Positions 1 through 9,714 of a stretch of 64,000 bases of DNA are shown here, piece after piece (position 1 is the stretch's first letter; each line of letters opens with the position of its first letter). A program made the translations under genes and the position numbers. The DNA comes from Planctomycetaceae bacterium (GTDB lineage Bacteria; Planctomycetota; Planctomycetia; Pirellulales; UBA1268), in the NCBI GenBank assembly GCA_046075685.1, contig JBJTQP010000092.1, positions 861-64,860 on the forward strand, given 5' to 3'. Under the pieces are notes generated by a model that saw only the letters and a list, made by a program, of their open reading frames with translations, did no database searches and was not told the DNA's origin.

Positions 1-147
1 TTCACGAACGCCCTGCCCAAGACCCGCAGCGGCAAGATCATGCGGCGGCTGCTCCGCGACATCGCCGCCGGCAAGGAGACGGTGGGCGACACCACGACGC
101 TCGAGGACTATTCGGTGCTCGCCAAGCTCCGCGGCGACCAGGAGTGA
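1..147 (+). CDS. acs: Acetyl-CoA synthetase (AMP-forming), C-terminal fragment; the 5' part lies outside the window
   Basis: Frame +1 is open from the window edge. The translation [48 protein letters not shown] carries the conserved [11 protein letters not shown] tail of acetyl-CoA synthetases. The TGA stop is at 145-147. Confidence 0.8.
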   Translation, partial: FTNALPKTRSGKIMRRLLRDIAAGKETVGDTTTLEDYSVLAKLRGDQE

Positions 148-214
148 GCGAGAGCCCGGGGCACGAAGGCAGCGAGGGCCTGCCCGTGCCCGTGGCTTCT
201 ATACTCGGTGCCGC

Positions 215-2749
215 ATGTCGGCCGATCCCCCTCCGCCCCGCGTCGCCCCCGAACTCCTCGCCCCCGCGGGTGATTGGGACTGCGTCCGCGCGGCGATCGA
301 GAACGGCGCCGACGCCGTCTACTTCGGTCTCGAGACCGGATTCAACGCCCGGGCGCGGGCGACGAACTTCACGCTGGACGATCTGCCGCGGCTGGTGACG
401 CTGCTGCACCGGCATGGCGTCCGGGGCTATGCCACTCTCAACACGCTCGTCTTTACCGCCGAACTCACGGCGTTCGGCCGGGTCGTCGAGGCGGTGGCGG
501 ACGCGGGAGTTGATGCGGTGCTCGTCCAGGATGTCGGGGCGGCCACGCTGATTCGCGAACTGCGGCCCGGGCTGCCCTTGCACGCCTCGACCCAGATGAC
601 GCTCACCAGCGCGGAGACGATCGACCTCGCGGAGCGGCTCGGCATGCAGCGGGTGGTGGTGGCCCGGGAACTCTCGATCGAGGAGATCGCCGCGATCCGC
701 CGCCTCACCACGATGCCGCTCGAGGTGTTCGTGCACGGCGCCCTGTGCGTGGCGTACTCGGGCCAGTGCCTGACGAGCGAATCGCTCGGTGGTCGCAGCG
801 CCAATCGCGGGCAGTGCGCGCAGGCGTGTCGCCTGCCGTACGAACTCGTCTGCGACGGCCGCGACGTCGACCTCGGCGACCAGAAGTACCTGCTCTCGCC
901 GCAGGATCTGGCCGCCTACGCGCTCGCCCCCGAACTGCTCGCCGCCGGCGTGGCGGCCTTCAAGATCGAGGGGCGGCTCAAGACGCCCGACTACGTCGCC
1001 GCCATCACCCGCCACTACCGGCAGGCGATCGATGCGGCGGTGGCCGGCCGGCCGATCGCGTTCACGCCCCGCGAGGTGGAGGCGATCGAGCTGACCTTCT
1101 CGCGGGGCCTCTCGCCCGGCTGGCTCCAGGGCTGCGACCACAAGATGCTGGTGCCGGCCACCTCGAGCGCGAAACGGGGCGTGCGGCTCGGCACCGTCGT
1201 CGACGTCCGTCGCGAGCGGGTGTCGGTGGAGCTCGTCGGCAGCGTGAAGCGCGGCGACGGCGTGGCGATCGACTGCGGGGCCACCAGTGACGAGGCGATC
1301 GGCGGCCGCGTGTACGAGGTGTTCCAGGCAGGTCGCTCGCTCGTCGAGCCGGTCGCCGAGGGCAGGGTTGATCTAGCCTTCGCCCACGGCGTGATCGAGC
1401 CCGCCCGGGTCAGGCCCGGGCAGGCGGTCTGGAAGACGGACGATCCGGAGGTCACGGCGCGGATTCGCAGGACTTACGCCGGCCGGGAGGTCGTCCGGCA
1501 GCAGCCGGTCGATCTGCGGGTGCGGGCCGCCGTGGGCGAGCCGTTGCGGGTGACGGCCCGGACGAGGCTGGGAGCGACCTGCGACGTCGTGTCGGCCGAG
1601 CCGGCCCGGGCGGCGACGCGGCATCCGCTCACCGCCGACGTGCTTCGTGAGCAGCTCGGCCGCCTGGGGGGCACGCCGTTTGCGCTCCGTGACCTCGACG
1701 TCGAGATCGTCGGGGCGCCGATGCTTCCCTTCAGCATGCTCGGCGGCCTGCGGCGGGATCTCGTGGCCGCCCTCGAGCGGGCGACGAGCCGGCCGGCTGC
1801 GGCCGTGGCGGAGAGCCCGCGGCTCCATGGCCCGCAGTCCGCGGCCGGCAGGTCGCCGGAACGAGCCGAGGAGGCGGTCGAGGCCGGCCTGCCATTGCTT
1901 CACGTGCTCGTGCGATCGCCCGCTCAGCTGCGCCGCGTGCTCGAGTGTGGCGAGCGGCGGATCCATGCCGAGTTCGCCGACATCCGCCAGTACCGCGAGG
2001 CGGTGGATCGCTGCCGGGCCAGCGGAGCGCGAATCCATCTGGCCACGCCGCGGATCCAGAAGCCCGACGAGATGGGCGTGTTTCGGGCGTTGGCCAGGCA
2101 CGAACCCGACGGCGTGCTCGTGCGGAACTGGGCGGGCCTGCGGTTCTTCCGCGCGGCGGGCATCGCCGTGGTGGGCGACTTCTCGCTCAACATCGCCAAC
2201 GAGCGGTCGGCGGAGTTCTTCGTCGATGCGGGCTGCGACCGCGTGACCGCCTCCTACGACTGCAATCGCGAGCAGCTGCTCGCCCTGGTGGACGCCGCAC
2301 CGGCCGATCGGCTGGAGGTGGTGATCCACCAGCGGATGCCGATGTTCCACATGGAGCACTGCGTGTTCTGCGCTGTGCTCTCGCCGGGAACGAACAAGAC
2401 CAACTGCGGCCGCCCCTGCGACGATCGCGAGGTGAAGCTTCGCGACCGGCTCGGCGTCGAGCATCCGCTCACGGCCGACGTCGGCTGCCGCAACACGCTC
2501 TTCAACGCCACGGCGCAGAGCGGTGCCGAAGTCGTGCCCGCGCTGCTCGCAAGGGGCGTGCGGCACCTGCGGGTCGAACTGCTCGACGAGGATGACGCGG
2601 CGATCGCCACGGTGCTCGCCGCCTACCGGGCCCTGCTGGCGGGGCGAACGAGCGGCCGCGAGGTCTGGACCCAGCTCCGGGCGGCGAACCGCGTCGGCGT
2701 CACCCGCGGGACGCTCGAAGAGAAGCGAAACCCGCTCGCCATTCTCTGA
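215..2749 (+). CDS. Peptidase U32 family protein (collagenase-like, long form with C-terminal extension)
   Basis: 844-aa ORF. The N-terminus (PELLAPAGDWDCVRAAIENGADAVYFG, ARELS, VFVHGALCVAYSGQCL, FKIEGR) is typical of the U32 family. High GC3 supports this frame over the antisense ORFs. Confidence 0.85.
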   Translation: MSADPPPPRVAPELLAPAGDWDCVRAAIENGADAVYFGLETGFNARARATNFTLDDLPRLVTLLHRHGVRGYATLNTLVFTAELTAFGRVVEAVADAGVDAVLVQDVGAATLIRELRPGLPLHASTQMTLTSAETIDLAERLGMQRVVVARELSIEEIAAIRRLTTMPLEVFVHGALCVAYSGQCLTSESLGGRSANRGQCAQACRLPYELVCDGRDVDLGDQKYLLSPQDLAAYALAPELLAAGVAAFKIEGRLKTPDYVAAITRHYRQAIDAAVAGRPIAFTPREVEAIELTFSRGLSPGWLQGCDHKMLVPATSSAKRGVRLGTVVDVRRERVSVELVGSVKRGDGVAIDCGATSDEAIGGRVYEVFQAGRSLVEPVAEGRVDLAFAHGVIEPARVRPGQAVWKTDDPEVTARIRRTYAGREVVRQQPVDLRVRAAVGEPLRVTARTRLGATCDVVSAEPARAATRHPLTADVLREQLGRLGGTPFALRDLDVEIVGAPMLPFSMLGGLRRDLVAALERATSRPAAAVAESPRLHGPQSAAGRSPERAEEAVEAGLPLLHVLVRSPAQLRRVLECGERRIHAEFADIRQYREAVDRCRASGARIHLATPRIQKPDEMGVFRALARHEPDGVLVRNWAGLRFFRAAGIAVVGDFSLNIANERSAEFFVDAGCDRVTASYDCNREQLLALVDAAPADRLEVVIHQRMPMFHMEHCVFCAVLSPGTNKTNCGRPCDDREVKLRDRLGVEHPLTADVGCRNTLFNATAQSGAEVVPALLARGVRHLRVELLDEDDAAIATVLAAYRALLAGRTSGREVWTQLRAANRVGVTRGTLEEKRNPLAIL

Positions 2750-2757
2750 GAAACGAG

Positions 2758-2790
2758 CCGGCCCGGATCGGCGGTGCCGATCCGGGCCGG
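2758..2790. terminator. Perfect 14-bp GC-rich hairpin between convergent genes (candidate bidirectional terminator)
   Basis: CCGGCCCGGATCGG (2758-2771), loop CGGTG, CCGATCCGGGCCGG (2777-2790). It lies 9 nt after the U32 stop and 31 nt after the stop of the minus-strand gene ending at 2821. There is no clear T-tract. Confidence 0.5.
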
Positions 2791-2820
2791 TGAACGCGTT
2801 TCAGAATGAACCGCCCGAGC

Positions 2821-3957
2821 TCACTTCGAGAGCTTGGTGAGGGTCTCGACCATCGGCGTGACCACGGGGCCGAGCAGACCCTTGACACCCGGGATCGCCA
2901 TCACGGTGTCGATCACCTTCGACAGCAGGCCGAGGTTCTTGCCCACGAACTCAGCGAAGGCGGGCTTCTCCTCAGCCGGCAGCCGGCCGACCTCGTCCTC
3001 GAGCGACGTCAGCATCGGGGCGAGCTTCTCGAGCTCCGGCACCGCCAGGCGGGCGGTATCCTCGCTCGTGACGCCCTCGAGCACGCTCGTCAGTCCACCG
3101 AAGAGTTCCGTGGCGTTCTTGCCCACCCGGACCGCTTCCAGGAACTTGGGGTCGATCGAGAGCGAATCGATCACCGTGTCGGTGATGGTGCTGCCCTGCC
3201 GCTCGATCACCTCGGTGACTTCCTCGGTCACCGGGCCCACCCTGCGGGTGCCTTCAACGACCACCGCCTCGCCGGCCTTTTTGGCCTGGTTCTGGCTCCA
3301 GAGGTACCAGCCCAGACCGAGGGCTCCGAGGGCCAGCAGCGGCAGCAGCCAGCCGGGGAGGCCGCCCTGCTGCGGCTGGTGCGAGTGGCTGCCGTGACGG
3401 GCCGGCTCACTGGGACGGCCACCGCCCGTGCCACCGAAGTCGGCCAGCGAGAGGCCAGCGGGCAGGGCGCCGCGGATGTTGCCGGCCTGCTCGGAAAACA
3501 GCCGGGCGACGCCGGCGGCGTCGGGCTTGCCGGTGAACTGCTTGGCCACCATGCCCAGCACGATCGGCGCGAGCGAGGTGACGAGGGTCTTCATGATGCC
3601 CGGCTGCAGGCCGGCGAACGAGGCCAGCGTGCCGACCAGGCTCGACATCATGTTGCCGCCGCCGAGGAGCGACGTCAGCAGGTTGCCGCCGAGGCTCCCG
3701 AGGCCCGAGGCCTGGCTGCCGCCCAGCAGGCCGGCGAGGTTGCCGAGCATGCCGAGATCGAGGCCGCCCATCGCCTTCGCGAGCTGATCGGCGCCGCTGT
3801 TGGTCTGCGCCATCTTCCCGAACACGTTGAGCAGCGCCGGAACGGCCGCGCTGGTGGCGGTCTTGGTCTGCGACTCACTCGCTCCGATCAGGCCGCCGAG
3901 CTTGCTCAGCACGTCGGGCTTCATCAGCTGGCCGGCAATCAGGTCCGCAATATTCAT
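2821..3957 (-). CDS. DUF937-like protein with a central transmembrane helix
   Basis: 378-aa ORF. The N-terminus MNIADLIAGQLMKPDVLSKLGGLIGASESQTKTATSAAVPALL plus G/L-rich repeats resembles DUF937 (YidB-like) proteins. A hydrophobic segment WLLPLLALGALGLGWYLW is present. GGAG lies 7 nt upstream of the ATG. The antisense 408-aa ORF is Arg/His-rich junk. Confidence 0.6.
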   Translation of the reverse strand: MNIADLIAGQLMKPDVLSKLGGLIGASESQTKTATSAAVPALLNVFGKMAQTNSGADQLAKAMGGLDLGMLGNLAGLLGGSQASGLGSLGGNLLTSLLGGGNMMSSLVGTLASFAGLQPGIMKTLVTSLAPIVLGMVAKQFTGKPDAAGVARLFSEQAGNIRGALPAGLSLADFGGTGGGRPSEPARHGSHSHQPQQGGLPGWLLPLLALGALGLGWYLWSQNQAKKAGEAVVVEGTRRVGPVTEEVTEVIERQGSTITDTVIDSLSIDPKFLEAVRVGKNATELFGGLTSVLEGVTSEDTARLAVPELEKLAPMLTSLEDEVGRLPAEEKPAFAEFVGKNLGLLSKVIDTVMAIPGVKGLLGPVVTPMVETLTKLSK

Positions 3958-4191
3958 CGATTCACTCCAGAAGAAAGGAAACGGAAAAATCCATGGTCGG
4001 GGTCCCGCCTTCCGTGGCGAACCGATGACTGACCGGCACGCGCTGCGAGCCTCCAGTCAACGCTCACACGTTGTAGTGACGGCCCGGGCCGTCCGCAAAC
4101 CTGCGGAATAATCGCCATTTCCGGCACCGTTCGCCATCCGGCTCGGGAGCTCGAAGACGCCCTGCCTCCAGGTCCGTGATCCGGTGTGCCC

Positions 4192-4213
4192 AGACCCGGT
4201 GCCCACCGGGTCT
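4192..4213 (-). terminator. Hairpin just downstream of the ABC exporter stop (weak terminator candidate)
   Basis: AGACCCGGTG / CACCGGGTCT inverted repeat separated by 2 nt, 13 nt beyond the stop at 4226-4228. There is no T-tract. Confidence 0.3.
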
Positions 4214-4225
4214 CAGGCAGCAGCC

Positions 4226-7123
4226 TCACCAGTAGACATACTGCAAAAATCGCTCCCGGTCGGGTGCCGGCAGGTCGTCGACCTTCGGCACCACCCAGCG
4301 GTTCTCGTCGGTGTCGATCAGCATCCGGCCGCCGGTCCCGAAGTCGAACGCCTGTCCCTGCGTCCAGCGGGCCGTGAACTGTCGGCGGCCGATGTCCGTG
4401 TCGACGTCGAAATCGAGGTAGCCGTGGACGAGGCGGACGTCGTGCACCCGCCGGATCTCGCGGACCAGTGCGCGTCGTGCCGCGGCGGCGCGGAGCACAG
4501 CGCGGTCGGCGTCGGGCCAGTCGGCGAGGCGACGGATCATGCCGAGCTCCACCTCGTCGCCGTGCTCGTCCCAGCCGCGGATCGAGAGGTACTCCTCCGG
4601 ATGCGTCGCCGGAAACGCGCGGACGACGAAGATGGCCGTCGCCGCCTTGCCTGCGGGCTGCAGTTCGATGCGGTCGTGCGCGCCGAAGGCGAAGCGGCAC
4701 GTCCCGGGATCGAGCCACTCGATGCCCGCCGGCACCACGGTGGCAGCCGCAGGCTCCGGCTCCGCGGCAGCGGCTTCCTCGGCAAGCAGCGTGTCGACGG
4801 TGGGCCGCTTCGTGACCTGTGTCTGGATTCGCACGAGGCGGGCGTAGACCCCGTCGGCGGCGAGCAGTTCGGCGTGGCTGCCCTGCTCCACCAGTCGGCC
4901 GCGGTCGAAGGCGAGGATCCGGTCGGCATTGCGGAGCGTGGAGAGCCGGTGGGCGATGGCGATCGTCGTGCGGCCCCGGACGAGCACCGCCAGGGCCTCC
5001 TGGATCGCCTTCTCCGCCTCCGCGTCGATGTTGCTCGTGGCCTCGTCGAGCACCAGCACCCGGGGGTCGTAGAGGAGCGTGCGGGCGATCGACAGCCGCT
5101 GCTTCTCGCCGCCCGACAGCCCGGCGCCGTGCTCGCCGAGGAGCGTCTCGTAGGCCAGCGGCTGCCGACAGAGAAAGTCGTGCGCGCCGGCGGCCTTGGC
5201 GGCGGCGAGCCCCTCCTCGATCGTGGCCTGGGGCCGCCCGTAGGAGAGGTTTTTCCAGATCGTGCCGCGAAACAGGAACGAGTCCTGAAACACGATCCCC
5301 AGCCGCTCGCGGAGGTCGTGCGACGAGAGCCGGCGGATGTCGTGGCCGTCGACGGTGATCGAGCCCTCCTGCACGTCATGAAAGCGGGCCAGCAGGCTGA
5401 CGAGCGTGCTCTTGCCGGAGCCTGACCGGCCCACGATGCCGACCATCTCGCCGGCCGCCACGTCGAAGGAGACGTCGTGCAGCACCGGCTGGTTGCGGTC
5501 GTAGCCGAAGGTGACGTTGGCGAAGCGGATCGCGCCGCGGACATCCTGCCAGGGCTCGGGATGCGCCGGATCGGTGACCATCGCCGGCGTGTCGAGCAGC
5601 TCCAGCACCCGCTTGCTGCCGGACAGGAAGCTCGTCAGCCACGTGGTGAAGTTCGAGAGCGCCCCGAGGGGGGCGTAGAACATGGCGAGGTAGGCGAGGA
5701 AGGCGATCAGCTGGCCGAGGGTCATGCTGCCGCCGATCACGTCGCGGCCCCCGACGTACCAGACGATCAGGCCGCCGAGGCTGAAGACGATCTGCATCGA
5801 GGCCGCGTAGGTGGTGTTGGTGTGCTCCACCCACTGCCGCCAGCGACGGAGGTGATCGCTGGCGGCGTGAAAGCGGTCGAGCTCGCGGGACTCCTGGGCG
5901 AAGGCCTTGACCACGCGAATCCCGGAGAGCATGCCCGAGAGCGTGGTCATCTGCTTGCTGGCGGCGTCCCAGAGCCGGTAGTGCCGCGGGTAGACGTGCC
6001 TCCAGAAGATCCACGATCCGAGGATCACCAGCGGCACCGGGATGAGCGTGAAGGCGGCGAGCTTGGGGTTGATCCAGACGAGCATCGCCCCCACGCCCAC
6101 GAGCTGCACGATCTGGAGCAGGAAGCCCCCCGTGATCTGATGCATGAGCCCGTGCAGCACCTCGCTGTCGTGGGCCACACGGCTGATCATCGACCCCACC
6201 TGGTGGCGATCGTAGTAGGCCACGGAGAGGCCCTGGAGCTTGCGGACCATCTCCTCGCGGAGCGTGGACGTGATCCCGGAGCCGATCGCCGTGGTCAGCC
6301 GGCCCTTGATCACGCCGACGACGGCCAGGAGCACGCGGGAGAAGGCGAGTGCCAGCACCACGACGAGCAGGGCCGTCTTGAAGTCGGGCAGTCCGCCGGC
6401 CGTCTCGCCGGCCCGTGCCGAGAGGATGTCGTCGACCATGAACTGCTGAAGCTTGGGCGGCACGAGTTCCGCCACCACGCCCACGAACGTGAGCAGGCAG
6501 AGGATGATCGAGCCGCGGGCGTAGGGTGCCAGCAGCGTGCCCACGCGGCGGAGAATCTGCCCCTTCTGCAGGCAGCGGGGGCAGGCGTCGTCGGCGGCTT
6601 GCAGCCGCAGGCCGCACGAGCCGCAGGCCGGCGGGTCGAGCCGCTCATCGAGGCCTTCGAGTTGCCATGCCTCCCCGGCGGCCCGCCGCTCGCGGGATCG
6701 CTCCAGCGCCCGCGACACCTTGTGGAATCGCGTCGCCCGCGTGTTGGAGTAGCGGAGCAGGTCGATCCAGCCGCCCCCGGTCCGCACCTGGAGCGCACCG
6801 CCGCCCACGCCGGCGCACGTGCGGACCCGCTCGATGTCGGGCCAGGCCACGGCCCGCAGCGTGCGGCCGCCGTCGGTGACCGTGACGTGGTCGGCCGTGA
6901 CCACCAGCCACTCTGCCCCCGGATCGCCCGACAGGGCGACATCGGTGTCGATCGCCAGCAGGATGGGGCGATGGTTGAGCCCGGCGGCATCGAGGCGGTG
7001 GTGGACGTGGCCGGGGAGGGCGGCCGGTGGCCAGCCGTCGGCCGCCGTCGTATGCTCCTGCGAATCGGCGGTCGTGGTGATCGCGGTGTCCTTCGGGTCG
7101 GATTCGAGGAGGGTTTCGTCCAT
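4226..7123 (-). CDS. ABC exporter (fused TMD + NBD) with an N-terminal beta-rich domain, a zinc ribbon and a C-terminal DUF1854-like domain
   Basis: 965-aa ORF. Walker A GRSGSGKST, signature LSGGEKQR and Walker B LVLDEATS are present. Six hydrophobic helices precede the NBD. CGSC-x10-CPRC lies at about aa 168-185. The C-terminal ~190 aa (IEWLDPGTCRF...RFLQYVYW) resemble DUF1854. Confidence 0.9.
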   Translation of the reverse strand: MDETLLESDPKDTAITTTADSQEHTTAADGWPPAALPGHVHHRLDAAGLNHRPILLAIDTDVALSGDPGAEWLVVTADHVTVTDGGRTLRAVAWPDIERVRTCAGVGGGALQVRTGGGWIDLLRYSNTRATRFHKVSRALERSRERRAAGEAWQLEGLDERLDPPACGSCGLRLQAADDACPRCLQKGQILRRVGTLLAPYARGSIILCLLTFVGVVAELVPPKLQQFMVDDILSARAGETAGGLPDFKTALLVVVLALAFSRVLLAVVGVIKGRLTTAIGSGITSTLREEMVRKLQGLSVAYYDRHQVGSMISRVAHDSEVLHGLMHQITGGFLLQIVQLVGVGAMLVWINPKLAAFTLIPVPLVILGSWIFWRHVYPRHYRLWDAASKQMTTLSGMLSGIRVVKAFAQESRELDRFHAASDHLRRWRQWVEHTNTTYAASMQIVFSLGGLIVWYVGGRDVIGGSMTLGQLIAFLAYLAMFYAPLGALSNFTTWLTSFLSGSKRVLELLDTPAMVTDPAHPEPWQDVRGAIRFANVTFGYDRNQPVLHDVSFDVAAGEMVGIVGRSGSGKSTLVSLLARFHDVQEGSITVDGHDIRRLSSHDLRERLGIVFQDSFLFRGTIWKNLSYGRPQATIEEGLAAAKAAGAHDFLCRQPLAYETLLGEHGAGLSGGEKQRLSIARTLLYDPRVLVLDEATSNIDAEAEKAIQEALAVLVRGRTTIAIAHRLSTLRNADRILAFDRGRLVEQGSHAELLAADGVYARLVRIQTQVTKRPTVDTLLAEEAAAAEPEPAAATVVPAGIEWLDPGTCRFAFGAHDRIELQPAGKAATAIFVVRAFPATHPEEYLSIRGWDEHGDEVELGMIRRLADWPDADRAVLRAAAARRALVREIRRVHDVRLVHGYLDFDVDTDIGRRQFTARWTQGQAFDFGTGGRMLIDTDENRWVVPKVDDLPAPDRERFLQYVYW

Positions 7124-7136
7124 GCTCTACGAGCGT

Positions 7137-7778
7137 ATGCCACGGGCGGTTCGCCCGGCCACGTGGTGGGCCGCGATGGTGGTGCTGGTCGCGTCGTTCC
7201 CGGCGTCCCTGGCGGCTGCGGAGGAGGGTTTTACGAGCCTCTTCGACGGGATGACGCTCGGCGGCTGGCAGTCGAACGAGAGCCACGGCAGCTGGACGGT
7301 GCAGGACGGGGCGATTGTCTGCCACGGGCCCCGCAGCCACCTGTTCTACGTGGGGGCCGACCCGGCCAAGCCCGAGCAGTTCAAGAACTTCCACCTCAAG
7401 GCGGAGGTGCTCACGAAGCCGGTCGCCAACTCCGGCCTGTTCATCCACACGGCCTTCCAGCCGGAGGGCTGGCCCGCCCAGGGGTACGAGGTGCAGGTCA
7501 ACAACTCCCAGCAGGATCCGGTTCGCACGGGCAGCCTCTATAACGTGGTGAAGAACTTCACGCCTCCGGCCAAGGACGACACCTGGTTCACGCTGGAGGT
7601 GGTGGTGCAGGGCAAGGCCGTCGTGGTCGTGGTGGACGGCCGCAGGCTGTTCGAGTTTGTGGAGCCGGACGGAGTGGTCGGGACGCGGAGGCTGTCGCAG
7701 GGCACCTTCGCCCTGCAGGCTCATGACCCGGGCAGCGAGGTCCACTACCGCAACATCCGCGTGAAGCGGCTGCCCTAG
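7137..7778 (+). CDS. DUF1080 (3-keto-disaccharide hydrolase-type) domain protein, secreted
   Basis: Signal-like N-terminus [30 protein letters not shown], followed by [15 protein letters not shown]...WTVQDGAI...ANSGLFI...GYEVQV...[22 protein letters not shown], which is typical of DUF1080. An alternative ATG at 7122 would overlap the divergent ABC start. Confidence 0.8.
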   Translation: MPRAVRPATWWAAMVVLVASFPASLAAAEEGFTSLFDGMTLGGWQSNESHGSWTVQDGAIVCHGPRSHLFYVGADPAKPEQFKNFHLKAEVLTKPVANSGLFIHTAFQPEGWPAQGYEVQVNNSQQDPVRTGSLYNVVKNFTPPAKDDTWFTLEVVVQGKAVVVVVDGRRLFEFVEPDGVVGTRRLSQGTFALQAHDPGSEVHYRNIRVKRLP

Positions 7779-7930
7779 CCGCCCACCGTCGGCTCCCGAG
7801 CCGCCAGCCCCTGGGGGCCGGCCGCGGTCCCGGGCTGCAGGATTTTCCCCGGCGTGCCGATAATGACGGTGGTGCGGGCTGCACCGGCATCGGGCCGGAG
7901 GCTGCCCGCGACGCGCCTCGGGAGGGATCC

Positions 7931-8893
7931 ATGGTCACCGCCAAGCTGCCGTCCGGCGTTCGCACCGACATCACGCAGTGCATCGGCCGCACGCCGCTGG
8001 TGCTGCTCCGCCGGGTGACCGAGGGCTGCGCCGCGACGGTCGCCGGCAAGATCGAGAACATGAATCCCCTGTGGAGCGTGAAGGATCGGATCGCCTGCGC
8101 GATGATCGATGCCGCTGAACGCGACGGCAGGATCTGCCCCGACACGGTGATCATCGAGCCGACCAGTGGAAACACCGGCATCGGCCTGGCCTACGTGTGC
8201 GCGGCCCGCGGCTATCGGCTCCGCGTGACGATGCCGGAGAGCATGAGCCTGGAGCGGCGGCGGATGCTCAAGGCGCTCGGCGCCGAACTCGTGCTCACGC
8301 CGGCGGCCGAGGGGATGCCCGGGGCGGTGCGGCACGCCGAGGAGATCAGCGGCTCGAGTTCGCAGTTCTTCATGCCGCAGCAGTTCAAGAATCCCGCCAA
8401 TCCGGATGTGCATCGGCGGACGACGGCCGAGGAGATCTGGGCCGACACCGACGGCCAGGTCGACATCGTCGTCTGCGGGGTGGGCACGGGCGGCACGATC
8501 ACCGGTGTGGGCGAGGCGCTGAAGCGGAAGAATCCCGGCGTGAAGGTGGTGGCCGTCGAGCCGGCCAACAGCCCCGTGATCACGCAGAAGCTGTCGGGCC
8601 AGCCGATCAAGCCCGGCCGTCACACGATCCAGGGCATCGGTGCCGGCTTCATCCCCGACATCCTCAATCTCGACGTCATCGACGAGGTGGTGAAGGTCGA
8701 CGACGAGGATGCGATGGAGACCGCGCGGCAGCTCGCCAAGCGGGAGGGTCTGATGTGCGGCATCAGCTGCGGGGCCGCCGCCTGGGGCGCGTTGCAGGTG
8801 GCCCGCCGGTCCGAGCACGCCGGCAAGCTCGTGGTCGTGGTGCTCCCCGACCTCGGCGAACGCTACCTCTCCACGCGGCTGTTTCCCGAGTGA
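7931..8893 (+). CDS. cysK: Cysteine synthase A (O-acetylserine sulfhydrylase)
   Basis: 320-aa ORF with [21 protein letters not shown] (PLP lysine motif), [12 protein letters not shown] and [17 protein letters not shown] lies upstream of the ATG. Confidence 0.92.
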   Translation: MVTAKLPSGVRTDITQCIGRTPLVLLRRVTEGCAATVAGKIENMNPLWSVKDRIACAMIDAAERDGRICPDTVIIEPTSGNTGIGLAYVCAARGYRLRVTMPESMSLERRRMLKALGAELVLTPAAEGMPGAVRHAEEISGSSSQFFMPQQFKNPANPDVHRRTTAEEIWADTDGQVDIVVCGVGTGGTITGVGEALKRKNPGVKVVAVEPANSPVITQKLSGQPIKPGRHTIQGIGAGFIPDILNLDVIDEVVKVDDEDAMETARQLAKREGLMCGISCGAAAWGALQVARRSEHAGKLVVVVLPDLGERYLSTRLFPE

Positions 8894-8918
8894 TCATCCG
8901 TGCGGCCGCCGCCGCGGG

Positions 8919-9713
8919 TCAGCGGCGGCGCTGGGCAAACAGCCAGTCGAGCACGGCGGGGTTGCGGTAGGCGGGCGTCCACGAGTCGTGGCCCACGCCC
9001 GGCAGTTCCGAGAAGACAGGCCGCCCGCCCGCCGCCGAAAGTGCGGCCATCATCCGCCGCGAGCCCTCCACCGGCACCACGGGGTCGTCGGCGCCGTGGA
9101 AGCACCAGATCGAAAGCGCTGCCAGCCGGGCTGCCGTCGCCTCGTCGCCGCCGCCGCAGATCGGCAGCACGGCCGCGAACCGCTCCGGATGGCGGGCGGC
9201 AAGATCCCAGCTGCCGTAGCCGCCCATCGACAGGCCCGTAAGGTAGATCCGGTCGGGGTCGACGGGCTCGGTGGCCAGCACCTCGTCGAGGGCGGCGACG
9301 GCGGCCGCCAGGTCGGCGGTCGGGGCGGGCGGCAGCGGTGCGGCGCGTTTCGTCTCCCAGTCGAGCATCGACCAGGCGTGGTCGGGACGGCACTGGGGCG
9401 CGACGAGGAAGCAGGGATGCCGCCGGCGGTTCTCCGGCTCCGCCATCCACCGCGGCAGAAACTTCAGCTGGGCCGCGTTGTCGGTACCCCGCTCGCCGGC
9501 CCCGTGCAGGAACAGCACGACGGGATGGCGGGCTCCGGGTTCGAGGGGTGCCGGCCGCAGCACGCGAAAGGGAAACTCCACCCTGGCATCGCCGTCCGCG
9601 ACGCGCACCGTCCGCGACTCGAAGCCCTCGGGCTCCTCGGCGACGAGGTGCGACACGGCCGGCATCAGGGCGGCTCCCGTGATCAGGGCGACGACGACGG
9701 CCTGCCGGGGCAT
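8919..9713 (-). CDS. Secreted alpha/beta hydrolase (esterase/peptidase-like)
   Basis: 264 aa with a signal-like N-terminus. LFLHGAGERG is present, along with the nucleophile elbow GLSMGG and FHGADDPVVP. The start lies 1 nt from the stop of the upstream J-domain gene. Confidence 0.8.
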   Translation of the reverse strand: MPRQAVVVALITGAALMPAVSHLVAEEPEGFESRTVRVADGDARVEFPFRVLRPAPLEPGARHPVVLFLHGAGERGTDNAAQLKFLPRWMAEPENRRRHPCFLVAPQCRPDHAWSMLDWETKRAAPLPPAPTADLAAAVAALDEVLATEPVDPDRIYLTGLSMGGYGSWDLAARHPERFAAVLPICGGGDEATAARLAALSIWCFHGADDPVVPVEGSRRMMAALSAAGGRPVFSELPGVGHDSWTPAYRNPAVLDWLFAQRRR

Positions 9714-9714
9714 C

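Noticed and set aside
2806-4032. A 408-aa plus-strand ORF antisense to the DUF937-like gene.
   Set aside because: The translation is His/Arg/Glu/Leu-rich without motifs. The minus-strand frame has a recognisable DUF937-type N-terminus, a TM helix, an RBS and better GC3 behaviour.
7122-7136. The ATG at 7122 for the DUF1080 gene, overlapping the divergent ABC exporter start codon (7121-7123).
   Set aside because: Overlapping divergent start codons leave no promoter or RBS space. The ATG at 7137 gives a normal signal peptide. This cannot be excluded without data.
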